From Escherichia phage AV121, in the sequence record OR352951.1: DNA of 64,000 nucleotides, one strand, 5' to 3'. The first letter of the stretch is position 1; every line of letters begins with the position of its first letter. Positions 23,268 through 34,461 of the stretch are shown here, in pieces. Both the position numbers and the translations under genes were made by a program. Under the pieces are notes generated by a model that was given only the letters and a program-made list of their open reading frames with translations, was not told the DNA's origin and made no database searches.

Positions 23268-26200
23268 ATGGCCGAGATTAAAAGAAAGTTCAGAGCAGAA
23301 GATGGTCTGGACGCAGGTGGCGATAAAATAATCAACGTAGCTTTAGCTGACCGTACCGTAGGAACTGACGGTGTTAACGTTGATTACTTAATTCAAGAAA
23401 ACACAGTTCAGCAATATGATCCAACTCGTGGATATTTAAAAGATTTTGTAATCATTTATAATAATCGTTTTTGGGCAGCAACGGATAATATTCCAAAACC
23501 TGCTGGAAATTTTAATAGAATTCGTTGGAAAGCATTACGTACTGATGCCGTATATACAACCGTATCATCTGGACCATATCAATTAAAATCCGGAGAAGCA
23601 ATTTCAGTAGATACATCAGTTGGCAATGACATTGAGTTTACTTTACCACCTTCTCCGCTTGATGGAGAAACCGTAATAATTCAAGATATCGGTGGAAAAC
23701 CTGGCATAAATCAGGTTAAAATAAATTCTTCAAATCAGAGTATTGTCAATTTTAGAGGTGAACAGGTACGTTCAGTTTTAATGACTCATCCAAAGTCACA
23801 GATGGTATTCATTTTTAATAATCGTTTGTGGCAAATGTATATTGCTGATTATAGCAGAGAAGCTGCGATTGTTACTCCATCGACTGCATATCAAGCACAA
23901 TCTAATGATTTTATCGTACGTAGATTTACTTCTGCTGCACCAATTAATGTTAAACTTCCGAGATTTGCTAATCATGGCGATATTATTAATTTCGTTGATT
24001 TAGATAAACTGAATCCACTTTATCATACAATTGTTACTACATACGATGAAACGACTTCAGTACAAGAAGTTGGAACTCATTCCATTGAAGGCCGTACATC
24101 GATTGACGGTTTCTTGATGTTTGACGATAATGAGAAATTGTGGAGATTGTTTGACGGGGATAGTAAAGCACGTTTACGCATTATAACAACTAATTCAAAT
24201 ATTCGTCCAAATGAAGAAGTCATGGTATTTGGTGCGAATAATGGAACAACCCAAACAATTGAGCTTCAGCTTCCGACTGATATTTCTGTTGGTGATACTG
24301 TTAAAATTTCCATGAATTACATGAGAAAAGGACAAACAGTTAAAATCAAAGCTGCTGGTGAAGATAAAATTGCTTCTTCAGTTCAATTGCTGCAATTCCC
24401 AAAACGTTCAGAATATCCGCCTGAAGCTGAATGGGTAACAGTTCAAGAATTAGTTTTTAACGGTGAAACTAATTATGTACCAGTTTTGCAACTTGCTTAT
24501 ATAGAAGATTCTGATGGAAAATACTGGGTTGTACAGCAAAACGTTCCAACAGTTGAAAGAGTCGATTCTTTAAATAATTCTACTAGAGCAAGATTAGGCG
24601 TAATTGCTTTAGCTACACAAGCTCAAGCAAATGCTGATTTAGAAAATTCTCCGCAAAAAGAATTGGCAATTACTCCAGAAACGTTAGCTAATCGTACTGC
24701 TACAGAAACTCGCAGAGGTATTGCAAGAATAGCAACTACTGCTCAAGTGAATCAGAACACCACATTCTCTTTTGCAGATGACCTTATCATCACTCCTAAA
24801 AAGCTGAATGAAAGAACTGCTACAGAAACTCGCAGAGGTGTCGCTGAAATTGCTACGCAGCAGGAAACTAATACAGGTACTGATGATACTACAATCATCA
24901 CTCCTAAAAAGCTTCAAGCTCGTCAAGGTTCTGAAACATTATCGGGTATTGTAACTTTTGTATCTACCGCAGGAGCTACTCCAGCTTCTAGTCGTGAATT
25001 AAATGGTACGAATGTTTATAATAAAAACACTAATAATTTAGTTGTTTCACCTAAAGCTTTGGATCAGTATAAAGCTACTCCAACGCAACAAGGCGCAGTA
25101 ATTTTAGCAGTTGAAAGTGAAGTAATTGCTGGACAAAGCCAAGAAGGATGGGCAAATGCGGTTGTAACGCCAGAAACGTTACATAAAAAGACATCAACTG
25201 ATGCAAGAATTGGTTTAATTGAAATTGCTACACAAAGTGAAGTTAATACAGGAACTGACTATACTCGTGCAGTCACTCCTAAAACTTTAAATGACCGTAG
25301 AGCAACTGAAAGTTTAAGTGGTATAGCTGAAATTGCTACACAGGTTGAATTCGACGCAGGCGTCGACGATACTCGTATCTCTACACCATTAAAAATTAAA
25401 ACCAGATTTAATAGTACTGATCGTACTTCTGTTGTTGCTCTATCTGGATTAGTTGAATCAGGAACTCTCTGGGACCATTATACCCTTAATATTCTTGAAG
25501 CAAATGAGACACAGCGTGGTACACTTCGTGTAGCTACACAAGTTGAAGCTGCTGCAGGAACATTAGATAATGTTTTAATAACTCCTAAAAAGCTTTTAGG
25601 TACTAAATCTACCGAATCGCAAGAAGGTGTTATTAAAGTTGCAACTCAGTCTGAAACTGTGACTGGAACGTCAGCAAATACTGCTGTATCTCCAAAAAAT
25701 TTAAAATGGATTGTGCAGAGTGAACCAACTTGGGCAGCAACTACTCTGATAAGAGGGTTTGTTAAAACTTCTTCTGGTTCATTAACGTTTGTTGGTAATG
25801 ATACGGTAGGTTCAACACAGCCATTAGAATCATATGAGAAAAATGGTTATGCAGTATCACCATATGAATTAAATCGCGTATTAGCAAATTATTTGCCATT
25901 AAAAGCAAAAGCTGTAGATAGTAATTTATTAGATGGTCTAGATTCGCTCCAGTTCATTCGTAGGGACATTGCACAAACAGTTAATGGTTCACTAACCTTA
26001 ACCCAACAAACGAATCTGGGTGCCCCTCTTGTATCATCTAGTACTGCTACATTCGGTGGATCAGTTTCAGCAAATAGTACATTAACTATTTCTAATACTG
26101 GAACGGCAACTCGTCTGATTTTTGAGAAAGGACCTCAAACTGGAACAAACCCGGCTCAAACGATGACAGTCAGAGTGTGGGGAAATCAATTTAGCGGGGA

Positions 26201-27137
26201 ATCAGACACAACACGTTCTACCGTATTTGAAGTTAGTGATGAAACGTCTAGTCATTTTTATTCTCAGCGTAATAAAGCTGGAAATATAACATTTAATATC
26301 AACGGTACAGTAACACCGATAAATGTTAATGCTTCAGGAACATTGAATGCAAATGGTGTAGCAACATTTGGTAATTCAGTCACTGCAACTGGTGAAATTA
26401 TTTCTCGAAGCGCAAATGCTTTCCGTGCTATTAACGGAAATTATGGTTTCATTGTTCGCAATGATGGATCAGTAACGAATTTTATGCTTACTGCATCGGG
26501 TGATCAGACTGGTGGATTTAATGGATTACGTCCTTTAGCTATTAATAATGCATCTGGCCAAGTAACGATTGGTGAAAGCTTAATCATTGCCAAAGGTGCT
26601 ACTATAAATTCAGGCGGTTTGACTGTTAACTCGAGAATTCGTTCTCAGGGCACTAAAACATCTGATTTATACACCCGCGCTCCAACATCTGATACTGTAG
26701 GATTCTGGTCAATTGATATTAACGATTCAGCCACTTATAACCAGTTCCCGGGTTATTTTAAAATGGTTGAAAAAACTAATGAAGTGACTGGGCTTCCATA
26801 CTTAGAACGTGGCGAAGAAGTTAAATCTCCTGGTACATTGACTCAGTTTGGTAACACACTTGATTCGCTTTACCAAGATTGGATTACTTATCCAACGACC
26901 CCAGAAGCACGTACCACTCGCTGGACGCGTACATGGCAGAAAACTAAAAATTCTTGGTCAAGTTTTGTTCAGGTATTTGATGGAGGTAACCCTCCTCAAC
27001 CTTCGGATATAGGAGCAATCCCATCTGATAATGGAATAATAGGTAATCTTACTATTCGTGATTTCTTACGAATTGGTAATGTTCGCATTATTCCTGACCC
27101 AGTGAATAAAACTGTTAAATTTGAATGGGTTGAATAA
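23268..27137 (+). CDS. 34: long tail fibre proximal subunit gp34
   Basis: 1289 aa, the T4 gp34 length; internal ~25-aa repeats of the form TPxxLxxRtATExxxGiaxIAT. Confidence 0.9.
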   Translation: MAEIKRKFRAEDGLDAGGDKIINVALADRTVGTDGVNVDYLIQENTVQQYDPTRGYLKDFVIIYNNRFWAATDNIPKPAGNFNRIRWKALRTDAVYTTVSSGPYQLKSGEAISVDTSVGNDIEFTLPPSPLDGETVIIQDIGGKPGINQVKINSSNQSIVNFRGEQVRSVLMTHPKSQMVFIFNNRLWQMYIADYSREAAIVTPSTAYQAQSNDFIVRRFTSAAPINVKLPRFANHGDIINFVDLDKLNPLYHTIVTTYDETTSVQEVGTHSIEGRTSIDGFLMFDDNEKLWRLFDGDSKARLRIITTNSNIRPNEEVMVFGANNGTTQTIELQLPTDISVGDTVKISMNYMRKGQTVKIKAAGEDKIASSVQLLQFPKRSEYPPEAEWVTVQELVFNGETNYVPVLQLAYIEDSDGKYWVVQQNVPTVERVDSLNNSTRARLGVIALATQAQANADLENSPQKELAITPETLANRTATETRRGIARIATTAQVNQNTTFSFADDLIITPKKLNERTATETRRGVAEIATQQETNTGTDDTTIITPKKLQARQGSETLSGIVTFVSTAGATPASSRELNGTNVYNKNTNNLVVSPKALDQYKATPTQQGAVILAVESEVIAGQSQEGWANAVVTPETLHKKTSTDARIGLIEIATQSEVNTGTDYTRAVTPKTLNDRRATESLSGIAEIATQVEFDAGVDDTRISTPLKIKTRFNSTDRTSVVALSGLVESGTLWDHYTLNILEANETQRGTLRVATQVEAAAGTLDNVLITPKKLLGTKSTESQEGVIKVATQSETVTGTSANTAVSPKNLKWIVQSEPTWAATTLIRGFVKTSSGSLTFVGNDTVGSTQPLESYEKNGYAVSPYELNRVLANYLPLKAKAVDSNLLDGLDSLQFIRRDIAQTVNGSLTLTQQTNLGAPLVSSSTATFGGSVSANSTLTISNTGTATRLIFEKGPQTGTNPAQTMTVRVWGNQFSGESDTTRSTVFEVSDETSSHFYSQRNKAGNITFNINGTVTPINVNASGTLNANGVATFGNSVTATGEIISRSANAFRAINGNYGFIVRNDGSVTNFMLTASGDQTGGFNGLRPLAINNASGQVTIGESLIIAKGATINSGGLTVNSRIRSQGTKTSDLYTRAPTSDTVGFWSIDINDSATYNQFPGYFKMVEKTNEVTGLPYLERGEEVKSPGTLTQFGNTLDSLYQDWITYPTTPEARTTRWTRTWQKTKNSWSSFVQVFDGGNPPQPSDIGAIPSDNGIIGNLTIRDFLRIGNVRIIPDPVNKTVKFEWVE

Positions 27138-27145
27138 GAGGTATT

Positions 27146-28261
27146 ATGGAAAAATTTATGGCAGAGTTTGGACAAGGATACGTCCAAACGCCATTTTTAT
27201 CGGAAAGTAATTCAGTAAGATACAAAATAAGCATAGCGGGTTCTTGCCCGCTTTCTACTGCGGGGCCATATGTTAAATTTCAGGATAATCCCGTTGGAAA
27301 TCAAACATTTAGTGCAGGTCTTCATTTAAGAGTTTTTGACCCTTCTACGGGAGCATTAGTTGATAGCAAGTCATATGCTTTTTCTGCTTCAAACAATACA
27401 ACATCTGCCGCTTTTGTCAGTTTCATGAATTCTTTGTCAAACAATAGACTTGTTGCTATATTAACTAGCGGAAAGGTTAATTTTCCTCCTGAAGTGGTAT
27501 CTTGGTTAAGGGGAGCAGGAACTTCAGTTTTTCCATCAGATTCAGTATTGTCAAGATTTGACGTATCATATGCTGCTTTTTATACTTCTTCTAAAAGAGC
27601 TATTGCATTAGAGCATGTTAAACTAAGTAATAGAAAAAGCACAGATGATTATCAAACTATTTTAGATGTTGTATTTGATAGTTTAGAAGACGTCGGAGCG
27701 ACAGGATTTCCAAAAAGAACTTATGAAAGTGTAGAGCAATTCATGTCAGCAGTTGGTGGAACTAATAACGAAATTGCGCGATTGCCAACTTCAGCTGCTA
27801 TAAGTAAACTTTCTGACTATAATTTAATTCCTGGTGATGTTCTTTATCTTAAAGCACAGTTATATGCTGATGCTGATTTACTTGATCTTGGAACTACAAA
27901 CATATCCATTCGTTTTTATGATGCATCAAATGGATATATTTCCTCGACCCAAGCTGAGTTTACTGGGCAAGCTGGGTCTTGGGAATTAAAAGAAGACTAT
28001 GTAGTTGTTCCAGAAAACGCCGTAGGATTTACGATATATGCACAAAGAACTGCTCAAGCAGGTCAAGGCGGCATGAGAAATTTAAGTTTTTCTGAAGTAT
28101 CAAGAAATGGCGGCATTTCAAAACCTGCCGAATTTGGCGTCAACGGTATTCGCGTTAATTATGTCTGTGAATCGGCTTCACCTCCAGATATAATGGTACT
28201 TCCTACACAAGCCTCTTCTAAAACTGGCAAAGTGTTTGGACAGGAATTTAGAGAAGTTTAA
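27146..28261 (+). CDS. 35: long tail fibre hinge protein gp35
   Basis: 371 aa directly after gene 34. Confidence 0.85.
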   Translation: MEKFMAEFGQGYVQTPFLSESNSVRYKISIAGSCPLSTAGPYVKFQDNPVGNQTFSAGLHLRVFDPSTGALVDSKSYAFSASNNTTSAAFVSFMNSLSNNRLVAILTSGKVNFPPEVVSWLRGAGTSVFPSDSVLSRFDVSYAAFYTSSKRAIALEHVKLSNRKSTDDYQTILDVVFDSLEDVGATGFPKRTYESVEQFMSAVGGTNNEIARLPTSAAISKLSDYNLIPGDVLYLKAQLYADADLLDLGTTNISIRFYDASNGYISSTQAEFTGQAGSWELKEDYVVVPENAVGFTIYAQRTAQAGQGGMRNLSFSEVSRNGGISKPAEFGVNGIRVNYVCESASPPDIMVLPTQASSKTGKVFGQEFREV

Positions 28262-28266
28262 ACTGA

Positions 28267-28289
28267 GGGAGCCTTCGGGTTCCCTTTTT
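28267..28289 (+). terminator. hairpin + T-run terminator after gene 35
   Basis: gggagccttcgggttccc then TTTTT. Confidence 0.5.
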
Positions 28290-28292
28290 CTT

Positions 28293-28300
28293 TATAAATA
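28293..28300 (+). promoter_or_regulatory. T4 late promoter box TATAAATA upstream of gene 36
   Basis: Exact TATAAATA about 24 nt before the gene 36 ATG. Confidence 0.6.
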
Positions 28301-28323
28301 ATATTAAAATAAAGGGGCATATA

Positions 28324-28974
28324 ATGGCTGATTTAAAAGTAGGTTCAACTGTGGGTGGATCTGTCATTTGGCATCAAGGAAATTTTCCATTGAATTCAGC
28401 CGGTGACGATGTACTCTACAAATCATTTAAAATATATTCAGAATATAATAAACCGCAGGCAGCTGATAACGATTTCGTTTCTAAAGCTAATGGTGGTACT
28501 TACGCCGGTCCAATTACTATTAATTACGGGGTAAATAGTTATCTTCAATTAAGTAATAATGAAACCCCTATCCGAATTCGTTCTGGTGGCGGCACTGGTA
28601 ATACTCTTGTAGTTGGCGGCTCTTCCGGTGGTATTAGTTTTAGACCTGCAGGTAGTGAAATCACTACTGGACAAATTACTATTACGCCAGAAGGTTTGAC
28701 AACATTTACCAGGGCTGTAACGGCTCCATCGGTAACTGTTACATCTACTCCTTCCGCAGCATCTGATGTTACTCGCAAAGATTATGTTGATGGAGCAATA
28801 AATACTGTTACAGCAAATGCAAACTCTAGGGTATTACGCTCTGGAGACACTATGACAGGAAATTTAACTGCGCCAAACCTTTTTTCACAGAATCCTGCAT
28901 CTCAACCTTCACACGTTCCACGATTTGACCAAATCGTAATTAAGGATTCTGTTCAAGATTTCGGCTATTATTAA
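28324..28974 (+). CDS. 36: long tail fibre distal connector gp36
   Basis: 216 aa at the gene 36 position. Confidence 0.85.
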   Translation: MADLKVGSTVGGSVIWHQGNFPLNSAGDDVLYKSFKIYSEYNKPQAADNDFVSKANGGTYAGPITINYGVNSYLQLSNNETPIRIRSGGGTGNTLVVGGSSGGISFRPAGSEITTGQITITPEGLTTFTRAVTAPSVTVTSTPSAASDVTRKDYVDGAINTVTANANSRVLRSGDTMTGNLTAPNLFSQNPASQPSHVPRFDQIVIKDSVQDFGYY

Positions 28975-28982
28975 GAGGACTT

Positions 28983-31931
28983 ATGGCTACTTTAAAACAA
29001 ATACAATTTAAAAGAAGCAAAACTGCAGGTCAACGTCCTGCTGCTTCAGTATTAGCCGAAGGTGAATTGGCTATAAACTTAAAAGATAAAACAATTTTCA
29101 CAAAAGATGACTCAGGTAGTGTTATAGAATTAGGTTTAAAATATGGAGGAACTATAAATGGGTCTTTAGAGGTTACAGAAAATATAACTGGAACTTTAAT
29201 TGGAAATTCTAGCACAGCTACTAAATTGCAAACACCTAGGAAAATTAATGGTATATCTTTTGATGGGTCAAAGGACATTACCTTAACTCCATCTGACATA
29301 AATGTCAATAGCACAACATTTATAAAAAATAATGGCGAATTACCTACTGATGCTAATTTAGATACGTATGGGCCCATTGAAGAATATCTTGGTGTTTGGT
29401 CGAAATCTACTTCAACAAATGCGCAACCAGCAAATAAATTCCCAGAAGAAAATGCCGTAGGTGTACTAGAAGTGTTTGTGGCCGGCCAATTTGCTGGCAC
29501 TCAGCGTTATACTGTAAGATCTGGTAACGTCTATATTCGTTCCTTATCTGCTAAATGGAATGGCGTCGATGGTCCATGGGGTGTGTGGCGTAATGTTCAA
29601 GCGTCAACTCGTCCACTTTCACAAACGATTGACCTTGATAGCTTGGGAGAATTAGAACATTGCGGCTTATGGCGAAACAGTTCAAGCGCAATCGCATCAT
29701 TTGATCGCCATTATCCAGAAGAAGGATCAGCCGCGCAAGGATTTTTAGAAATATTTGAAGGTGGTTTATACACGAGAACTCAGCGTTATACTACCCGCAT
29801 GGGTATGGTTTATACTCGTTGTCTCGCTGCTGCATGGGATGCTAGTGCACCTAAGTGGGAGGAATGGAAGCAGGTTGGTCATGGCACACCAGCGACTTTC
29901 TATGATGGAGATCTGAATGATTTTAAAACTCCCGGGTTATATAATATTTTAGGCACTGATGCCGTTATTAACTGTCCTACAGGTGAAGGTTTGCCGACTG
30001 TTATTGTTGGTTTGCTGGAAGTTAAACAGCGTGCTTCTGGCGGTGCTATTTTCCAACGTTTCACTACCGCAGGAACGGGTGCAACTACTCGCGATCGTAT
30101 TTTTGAGCGTGCATATACTGGTGGTGCGTGGGGTGCATGGAACGAAGTATATACATCTTATTCTCTGCCAATTACTTTGGGTATGGGTGGTATTAAAGCT
30201 CAATTAGCGGAGTTAGATTGGCAAACCTTTGATTTTGTCCCTGGTAGTATGTTTAGTGTTCCTTTGAACAAAATAAAGAATATGCCAGCAAATATGGATT
30301 GGGGCACGATTGATGGAAACCTGGTTATGTTTTCTGTCGGTCCTAGCGAACATACCGGAACGGGTCGAACTGTTCAAGTGTGGCGCGGTACTGTATCTCA
30401 GGCGAACTATCGTTATTTCGTTGTTCGTATCGCTGGTAATCCAGGAAGTAGGACTAATACTTGTCGTCGTGTTGTTCTTGAAGACGGATCACATACTTGG
30501 ACTGCTCAACAAAACTTTAGGGGATTGCTGAATATCACTGCTGCTGTTAATCTTGGTGCTAATCAGAAAATTTCACTTGCTCCAGGAGCATATATTCAAG
30601 CCCCTGCTAGCGGTTCTGGTTCTAATACTTACGTAAATCAGAATACTACCATTGCGCCATTATATCAGGCTATTGACGATTCAAATAAAAACCAGTTTGC
30701 GCCAATTGTTAAACAGAAAAACACTGTAACAAATATTACTATGGCTTCTGGTATGGATATTGCTAGTTCAGAATATCGTATCGTTGCTCAGGGTGATTTA
30801 TCCGCTACTGGAACTACAGCCACTGAATTAGCTATATGGCGTTTCTTGCCGTCTGGCCGATTCATGTCACAAAGCCGAGTTTATGCTGGCGCAGCATTCT
30901 TGAACACTGATGGTAACATTGCTGGTTCAATCTGGAAGAAATACAACGATGCAACCAATTTAGATGCTGCCTTGAATACTCGCCTAGGTAAAGGCGGTGA
31001 TACGATGACAGGTCGGTTAACAATCAATGCACCTAATGATTCTATTGTATTATCAACAACTGCTAGTAATTCTTTACATATTCGCGGTGACATAGACGGG
31101 ACTGGTAACTGGTATATTGGCAAGGGTGGTGCTGATAATTCGCTGGCATTTTATAGCTATGCTTCTCAGGCGGCAGTACATATCACAAACAATGGTGAGA
31201 TTGCGTTAAACCCGCAAAATACCGCAATGGTTAACGTTAACCGTGACCGTGTACACATTAACGGTTCTGGATGGATTGCTAGACAACCGGGTGATTGGGG
31301 CAACCAATGGCGAGTAGAAGCTCCATTATTCGTTGATCATGGTTATGTTAGTCAAGATAGTTATTATCCTATTCTTAAAGCAAGAAGCGTTATAACCAAT
31401 CAAGGATATAGCACCGCTGTTGACTTTGGTATGCGTCGTATTCCATCACAGTGGGGGCAAGCAATCATTCGTGTCGGATCCACGGAGGCTTCTCCTGATG
31501 CTGGACACCCACAAGCTGTGTTTGAATTCCATCATGATGGATTCTTTTATACACCAGGAAATGGTAGCTTTAGCGATGTGTATATTCGTTCTGACTCCCG
31601 TCTCAAGATTAATAAAGAAGAATTAGAATATGGAGCAGTCGAAAAAGTTTGCCGACTGAAAGTTTATATTTACGATAAAGTTAAGTCTATTAAAGACCGT
31701 AGTGTTATTAAACGTGAAGTTGGTATTATTGCTCAGGACCTTGAAAAGGAATTACCGGAAGCTGTATCTAAAGTTGAAGTTGATGGATCTGATGTTCTGA
31801 CAATTTCTAACTCTGCTGTGAATGCTCTTTTAATTAAGGCTATTCAGGAAATGAGTGAAGAAATTAAAGAATTGAAAACGCCTCTCTTTACTAAAATTGC
31901 TCGCAAAATTAGTAAATATTTTAAATTCTAA
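28983..31931 (+). CDS. 37: long tail fibre distal subunit gp37 with C-terminal intramolecular-chaperone-like domain
   Basis: 982 aa; C-terminal ~120 aa ([15 protein letters not shown]...) resembles self-cleaving chaperone domains. Confidence 0.85.
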   Translation: MATLKQIQFKRSKTAGQRPAASVLAEGELAINLKDKTIFTKDDSGSVIELGLKYGGTINGSLEVTENITGTLIGNSSTATKLQTPRKINGISFDGSKDITLTPSDINVNSTTFIKNNGELPTDANLDTYGPIEEYLGVWSKSTSTNAQPANKFPEENAVGVLEVFVAGQFAGTQRYTVRSGNVYIRSLSAKWNGVDGPWGVWRNVQASTRPLSQTIDLDSLGELEHCGLWRNSSSAIASFDRHYPEEGSAAQGFLEIFEGGLYTRTQRYTTRMGMVYTRCLAAAWDASAPKWEEWKQVGHGTPATFYDGDLNDFKTPGLYNILGTDAVINCPTGEGLPTVIVGLLEVKQRASGGAIFQRFTTAGTGATTRDRIFERAYTGGAWGAWNEVYTSYSLPITLGMGGIKAQLAELDWQTFDFVPGSMFSVPLNKIKNMPANMDWGTIDGNLVMFSVGPSEHTGTGRTVQVWRGTVSQANYRYFVVRIAGNPGSRTNTCRRVVLEDGSHTWTAQQNFRGLLNITAAVNLGANQKISLAPGAYIQAPASGSGSNTYVNQNTTIAPLYQAIDDSNKNQFAPIVKQKNTVTNITMASGMDIASSEYRIVAQGDLSATGTTATELAIWRFLPSGRFMSQSRVYAGAAFLNTDGNIAGSIWKKYNDATNLDAALNTRLGKGGDTMTGRLTINAPNDSIVLSTTASNSLHIRGDIDGTGNWYIGKGGADNSLAFYSYASQAAVHITNNGEIALNPQNTAMVNVNRDRVHINGSGWIARQPGDWGNQWRVEAPLFVDHGYVSQDSYYPILKARSVITNQGYSTAVDFGMRRIPSQWGQAIIRVGSTEASPDAGHPQAVFEFHHDGFFYTPGNGSFSDVYIRSDSRLKINKEELEYGAVEKVCRLKVYIYDKVKSIKDRSVIKREVGIIAQDLEKELPEAVSKVEVDGSDVLTISNSAVNALLIKAIQEMSEEIKELKTPLFTKIARKISKYFKF

Positions 31932-31967
31932 CAACAAGGGGGAAATGCCCCCTTTGGAGTATAAATT

Positions 31968-32759
31968 ATGGCAGTAGTTGGTGTTCCTGGTTGGATTGGA
32001 AGTTCAGCCGCAAATGAAACAGGACAGCGCTGGATGAGTCAAGCGGCTGGTCAATTAAGATTGGGTGTTCCTTGCTGGATGAGTCAATTTGCAGGTCGCT
32101 CACGAGAAATTATTCACACGCTTGGAGTAGACCATAACTTCAATGGTCAATGGTTCCGAGATAGATGTTTTGAGGCAGGTAGTGCACCTATAGTGTTTAA
32201 TATTACAGGTGATTTAGTATCATATTCTAAAGATGTTCCTTTATTCTTCATGTACGGAGATACACCAAATGAATATGTTCAGTTAAATATACATGGCGTA
32301 ACGATGTATGGACGTGGCGGTAATGGTGGTAGCAATAGTCCTGGCTCAGCTGGAGGTCATTGTATTCAAAACGATATTGGTGGGAGACTAAGAATTAATA
32401 ATGGTGGAGCTATTGCTGGCGGCGGTGGCGGCGGTGGCGGCGGTGGCGGCGGATATTATTCTCCTTTTTCACAAATGAGATTAACCTTTGGCGGTGGTGG
32501 TGGGCGTCCGTTTGGTGCACCTGGGGGGTCTATTGATATGCAATCAGGCGCAACTGCTGGTACTATTTCTGCACCTGGCTCAGGATCCGTGAATGGTATC
32601 TATAATGGTGGAAACGGTGGTGAAGTAGGTTCCGCGGGAGGTAGATGCAATATTCGCGGTCAAGGATCTGAATATAATGGCGGCGCTGCTGGTTATGCTG
32701 TCATAGGGTCTGCTCCAACGTGGCAAAATGTTGGAGTAATATATGGTCCAAGAGTATAA
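31968..32759 (+). CDS. 38: receptor-recognising tail-fibre adhesin gp38 (T2 type, glycine-rich motifs)
   Basis: 263 aa with several poly-Gly tracts separated by variable segments; unlike the T4 gp38 assembly chaperone. Confidence 0.8.
   Translation: MAVVGVPGWIGSSAANETGQRWMSQAAGQLRLGVPCWMSQFAGRSREIIHTLGVDHNFNGQWFRDRCFEAGSAPIVFNITGDLVSYSKDVPLFFMYGDTPNEYVQLNIHGVTMYGRGGNGGSNSPGSAGGHCIQNDIGGRLRINNGGAIAGGGGGGGGGGGGYYSPFSQMRLTFGGGGGRPFGAPGGSIDMQSGATAGTISAPGSGSVNGIYNGGNGGEVGSAGGRCNIRGQGSEYNGGAAGYAVIGSAPTWQNVGVIYGPRV
32418..32453 (+). repeat. (GGC GGC GGT)n trinucleotide repeat encoding poly-glycine in gp38
   Basis: ggcggcggtggcggcggtggcggcggtggcggcgga read directly. Confidence 0.8.
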
Positions 32760-32789
32760 TGTGAATAAATACCCTTAAAAGGAGGGTCT

Positions 32790-33446
32790 ATGGCAGCACC
32801 TAGAATATCATTTTCGCCCTCTGATATTCTATTTGGTGTTCTAGATCGCTTGTTCAAAGATAACGCTACCGGGAAGGTTCTTGCTTCCCGGGTAGCTGTC
32901 GTAATTCTTTTATTTATGATGGCGATTGTTTGGTATAGGGGAGATAGTTTCTTTGAGTACTATAAGCAATCAAAGTATGAAACATACAGTGAAATTATTG
33001 AAAAGGAAAGAAATGCACGCTTTGAATCTGTCGCCCTGGAACAACTCCAGATAGTTCATATATCATCTGAGGCAGACTTTAGTGCGGTGTATTCTTTCCG
33101 CCCTAAAAACTTAAACTATTTTGTTGATATTATAGCATATGAAGGAAGATTACCTTCAACAATAACTGAAAAATCACTTGGAGGATATCCTGTTGATAAA
33201 ACTATGGATGAATATACAGTTCATTTAAATGGACGTCATTATTATTCCGACTCAAAATTTGCTTTTTTACCAACTAAAAAGCCTACTCCCGAAATAAACT
33301 ACATGTACAGTTGTCCATATTTTAATTTGGATAATATCTATGCTGGAACAATAATCATGTACTGGTATAGAAATGATCATATAAGTAATGACCGCCTTGA
33401 ATCAATATGTGCTCAGGCGGCCAGAATATTAGGAAGGGCTAAATAA
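32790..33446 (+). CDS. t: holin T
   Basis: 218 aa; single TM segment VAVVILLFMMAIVWY then large periplasmic domain; AAGGAGGG Shine-Dalgarno. Confidence 0.9.
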   Translation: MAAPRISFSPSDILFGVLDRLFKDNATGKVLASRVAVVILLFMMAIVWYRGDSFFEYYKQSKYETYSEIIEKERNARFESVALEQLQIVHISSEADFSAVYSFRPKNLNYFVDIIAYEGRLPSTITEKSLGGYPVDKTMDEYTVHLNGRHYYSDSKFAFLPTKKPTPEINYMYSCPYFNLDNIYAGTIIMYWYRNDHISNDRLESICAQAARILGRAK

Positions 33447-33719
33447 TTATTTGTTTGTATACATCTCTAGATATCGATATACACCCTCAAAACCCTCGTT
33501 GAATTCGTCGATGAGGGTTTTCTTATCTTCTTGAGTTAATTCAGAAACAATTTTACGAAATGAATTCTGATTTAACTTTCTACCTTCATGCGTTACTCCA
33601 ATCTCATTAAGAAATGCAATAAAATTAGCACGATTCTCAACAATATCTTCTCTGGAAAATTTAATCAAAATAGATGCAACAGTAATAATTTCACGAACTG
33701 TATCAATGTTTTTATTCAT
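33447..33719 (-). CDS. asiA: anti-sigma-70 factor AsiA
   Basis: 90 aa; matches remembered AsiA; stop codon abuts the t stop codon. Confidence 0.85.
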   Translation of the reverse strand: MNKNIDTVREIITVASILIKFSREDIVENRANFIAFLNEIGVTHEGRKLNQNSFRKIVSELTQEDKKTLIDEFNEGFEGVYRYLEMYTNK

Positions 33720-33731
33720 TAACTATACCAC

Positions 33732-33884
33732 TCAATTAGTTGACTTTGTTATAATATCATCAGACGCTTGATTTGTAAACTGGTCTGTGTTATTTTCTTC
33801 AAAAATTTTTTCTACGAATTCCTTGAACGACTCGCGTTCCTGAGCTACATTATGCTCGATTACCTTTTCAAGATTATGACTCAT
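33732..33884 (-). CDS. hypothetical small protein (50 aa)
   Basis: Not in ORF track; ATG overlaps the arn stop (ATGA); translation MSHNLEKVIEHNVAQ... Confidence 0.35.
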   Translation of the reverse strand: MSHNLEKVIEHNVAQERESFKEFVEKIFEENNTDQFTNQASDDIITKSTN

Positions 33885-34159
33885 TCGAAATAATCTTCAA
33901 TTTCGTAATCATGGACATAAATCATTATAGTTTTTAATACATCATCAATACTTTTTCCTGGAGCTGGAATTACGTAAAAATATCCTGCTTTTGAGAGGTC
34001 TTTATAAGTTCCAATCAAGAAATCATTATTCTCAAGATGTAACTCTTCAACTAATTCATTGACAATTGAATGGTATAGGTTTGGTAGAAACTTATATAGC
34101 TTTTCTAGAATATCAATTTTGATTGTGTATTGAACCACGGACTGAGAATCAATAATCAT
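33881..34159 (-). CDS. arn: anti-restriction nuclease Arn (McrBC inhibitor)
   Basis: 92 aa at the T4 arn position between asiA and motA. Confidence 0.7.
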   Translation of the reverse strand: MIIDSQSVVQYTIKIDILEKLYKFLPNLYHSIVNELVEELHLENNDFLIGTYKDLSKAGYFYVIPAPGKSIDDVLKTIMIYVHDYEIEDYFE

Positions 34160-34242
34160 AGACCTTCCCCTTATGTTTCTGTTTGCGATTAGATTCTTTA
34201 AACGCTTTCTTCTTATCCTTATGAACAGAAGCTTTATTAAAA

Positions 34243-34461
34243 TTATGCTTTGCGACTAAATTGTTCATAGTGCTGAATTACCTCTCTTAAACATTTGCAT
34301 GTGAATGAAAACTTTTTAGCTACACCACATTCAAATATATGTTCTCTTAAATCGCGTGTATCGGTATATCCCATCTCAACAATAAAATGTCTTATTAGAT
34401 TTTTATCTTTATCATTGAGAGAATTAAAATAATCGGATTTTGAATTAATTTCCCTGGCCAA
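34243..34461 (-). CDS. hypothetical protein (72 aa)
   Basis: ORF in arn-motA interval. Confidence 0.4.
   Translation of the reverse strand: MAREINSKSDYFNSLNDKDKNLIRHFIVEMGYTDTRDLREHIFECGVAKKFSFTCKCLREVIQHYEQFSRKA

Noticed and set aside
24684-24926. - strand ORFs inside tail-fibre genes 34, 36 and 37 (24684-24926, 28545-28778, 29030-29500, 29949-30203, 30881-31123)
   Set aside because: Antisense to long, clearly coding + strand frames; serine/cysteine-rich translations characteristic of reverse frames.
32418-32453. GGC-rich tandem repeat considered as a CRISPR or VNTR element
   Set aside because: It is a single in-frame trinucleotide tract inside gp38 coding for poly-glycine; no spacers or repeat-spacer periodicity.
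33444-33449. Convergent t and asiA genes abutting with no intergenic terminator
   Set aside because: Noted as unusual but consistent with compact T-even organisation; not enough evidence for a regulatory antisense interaction.
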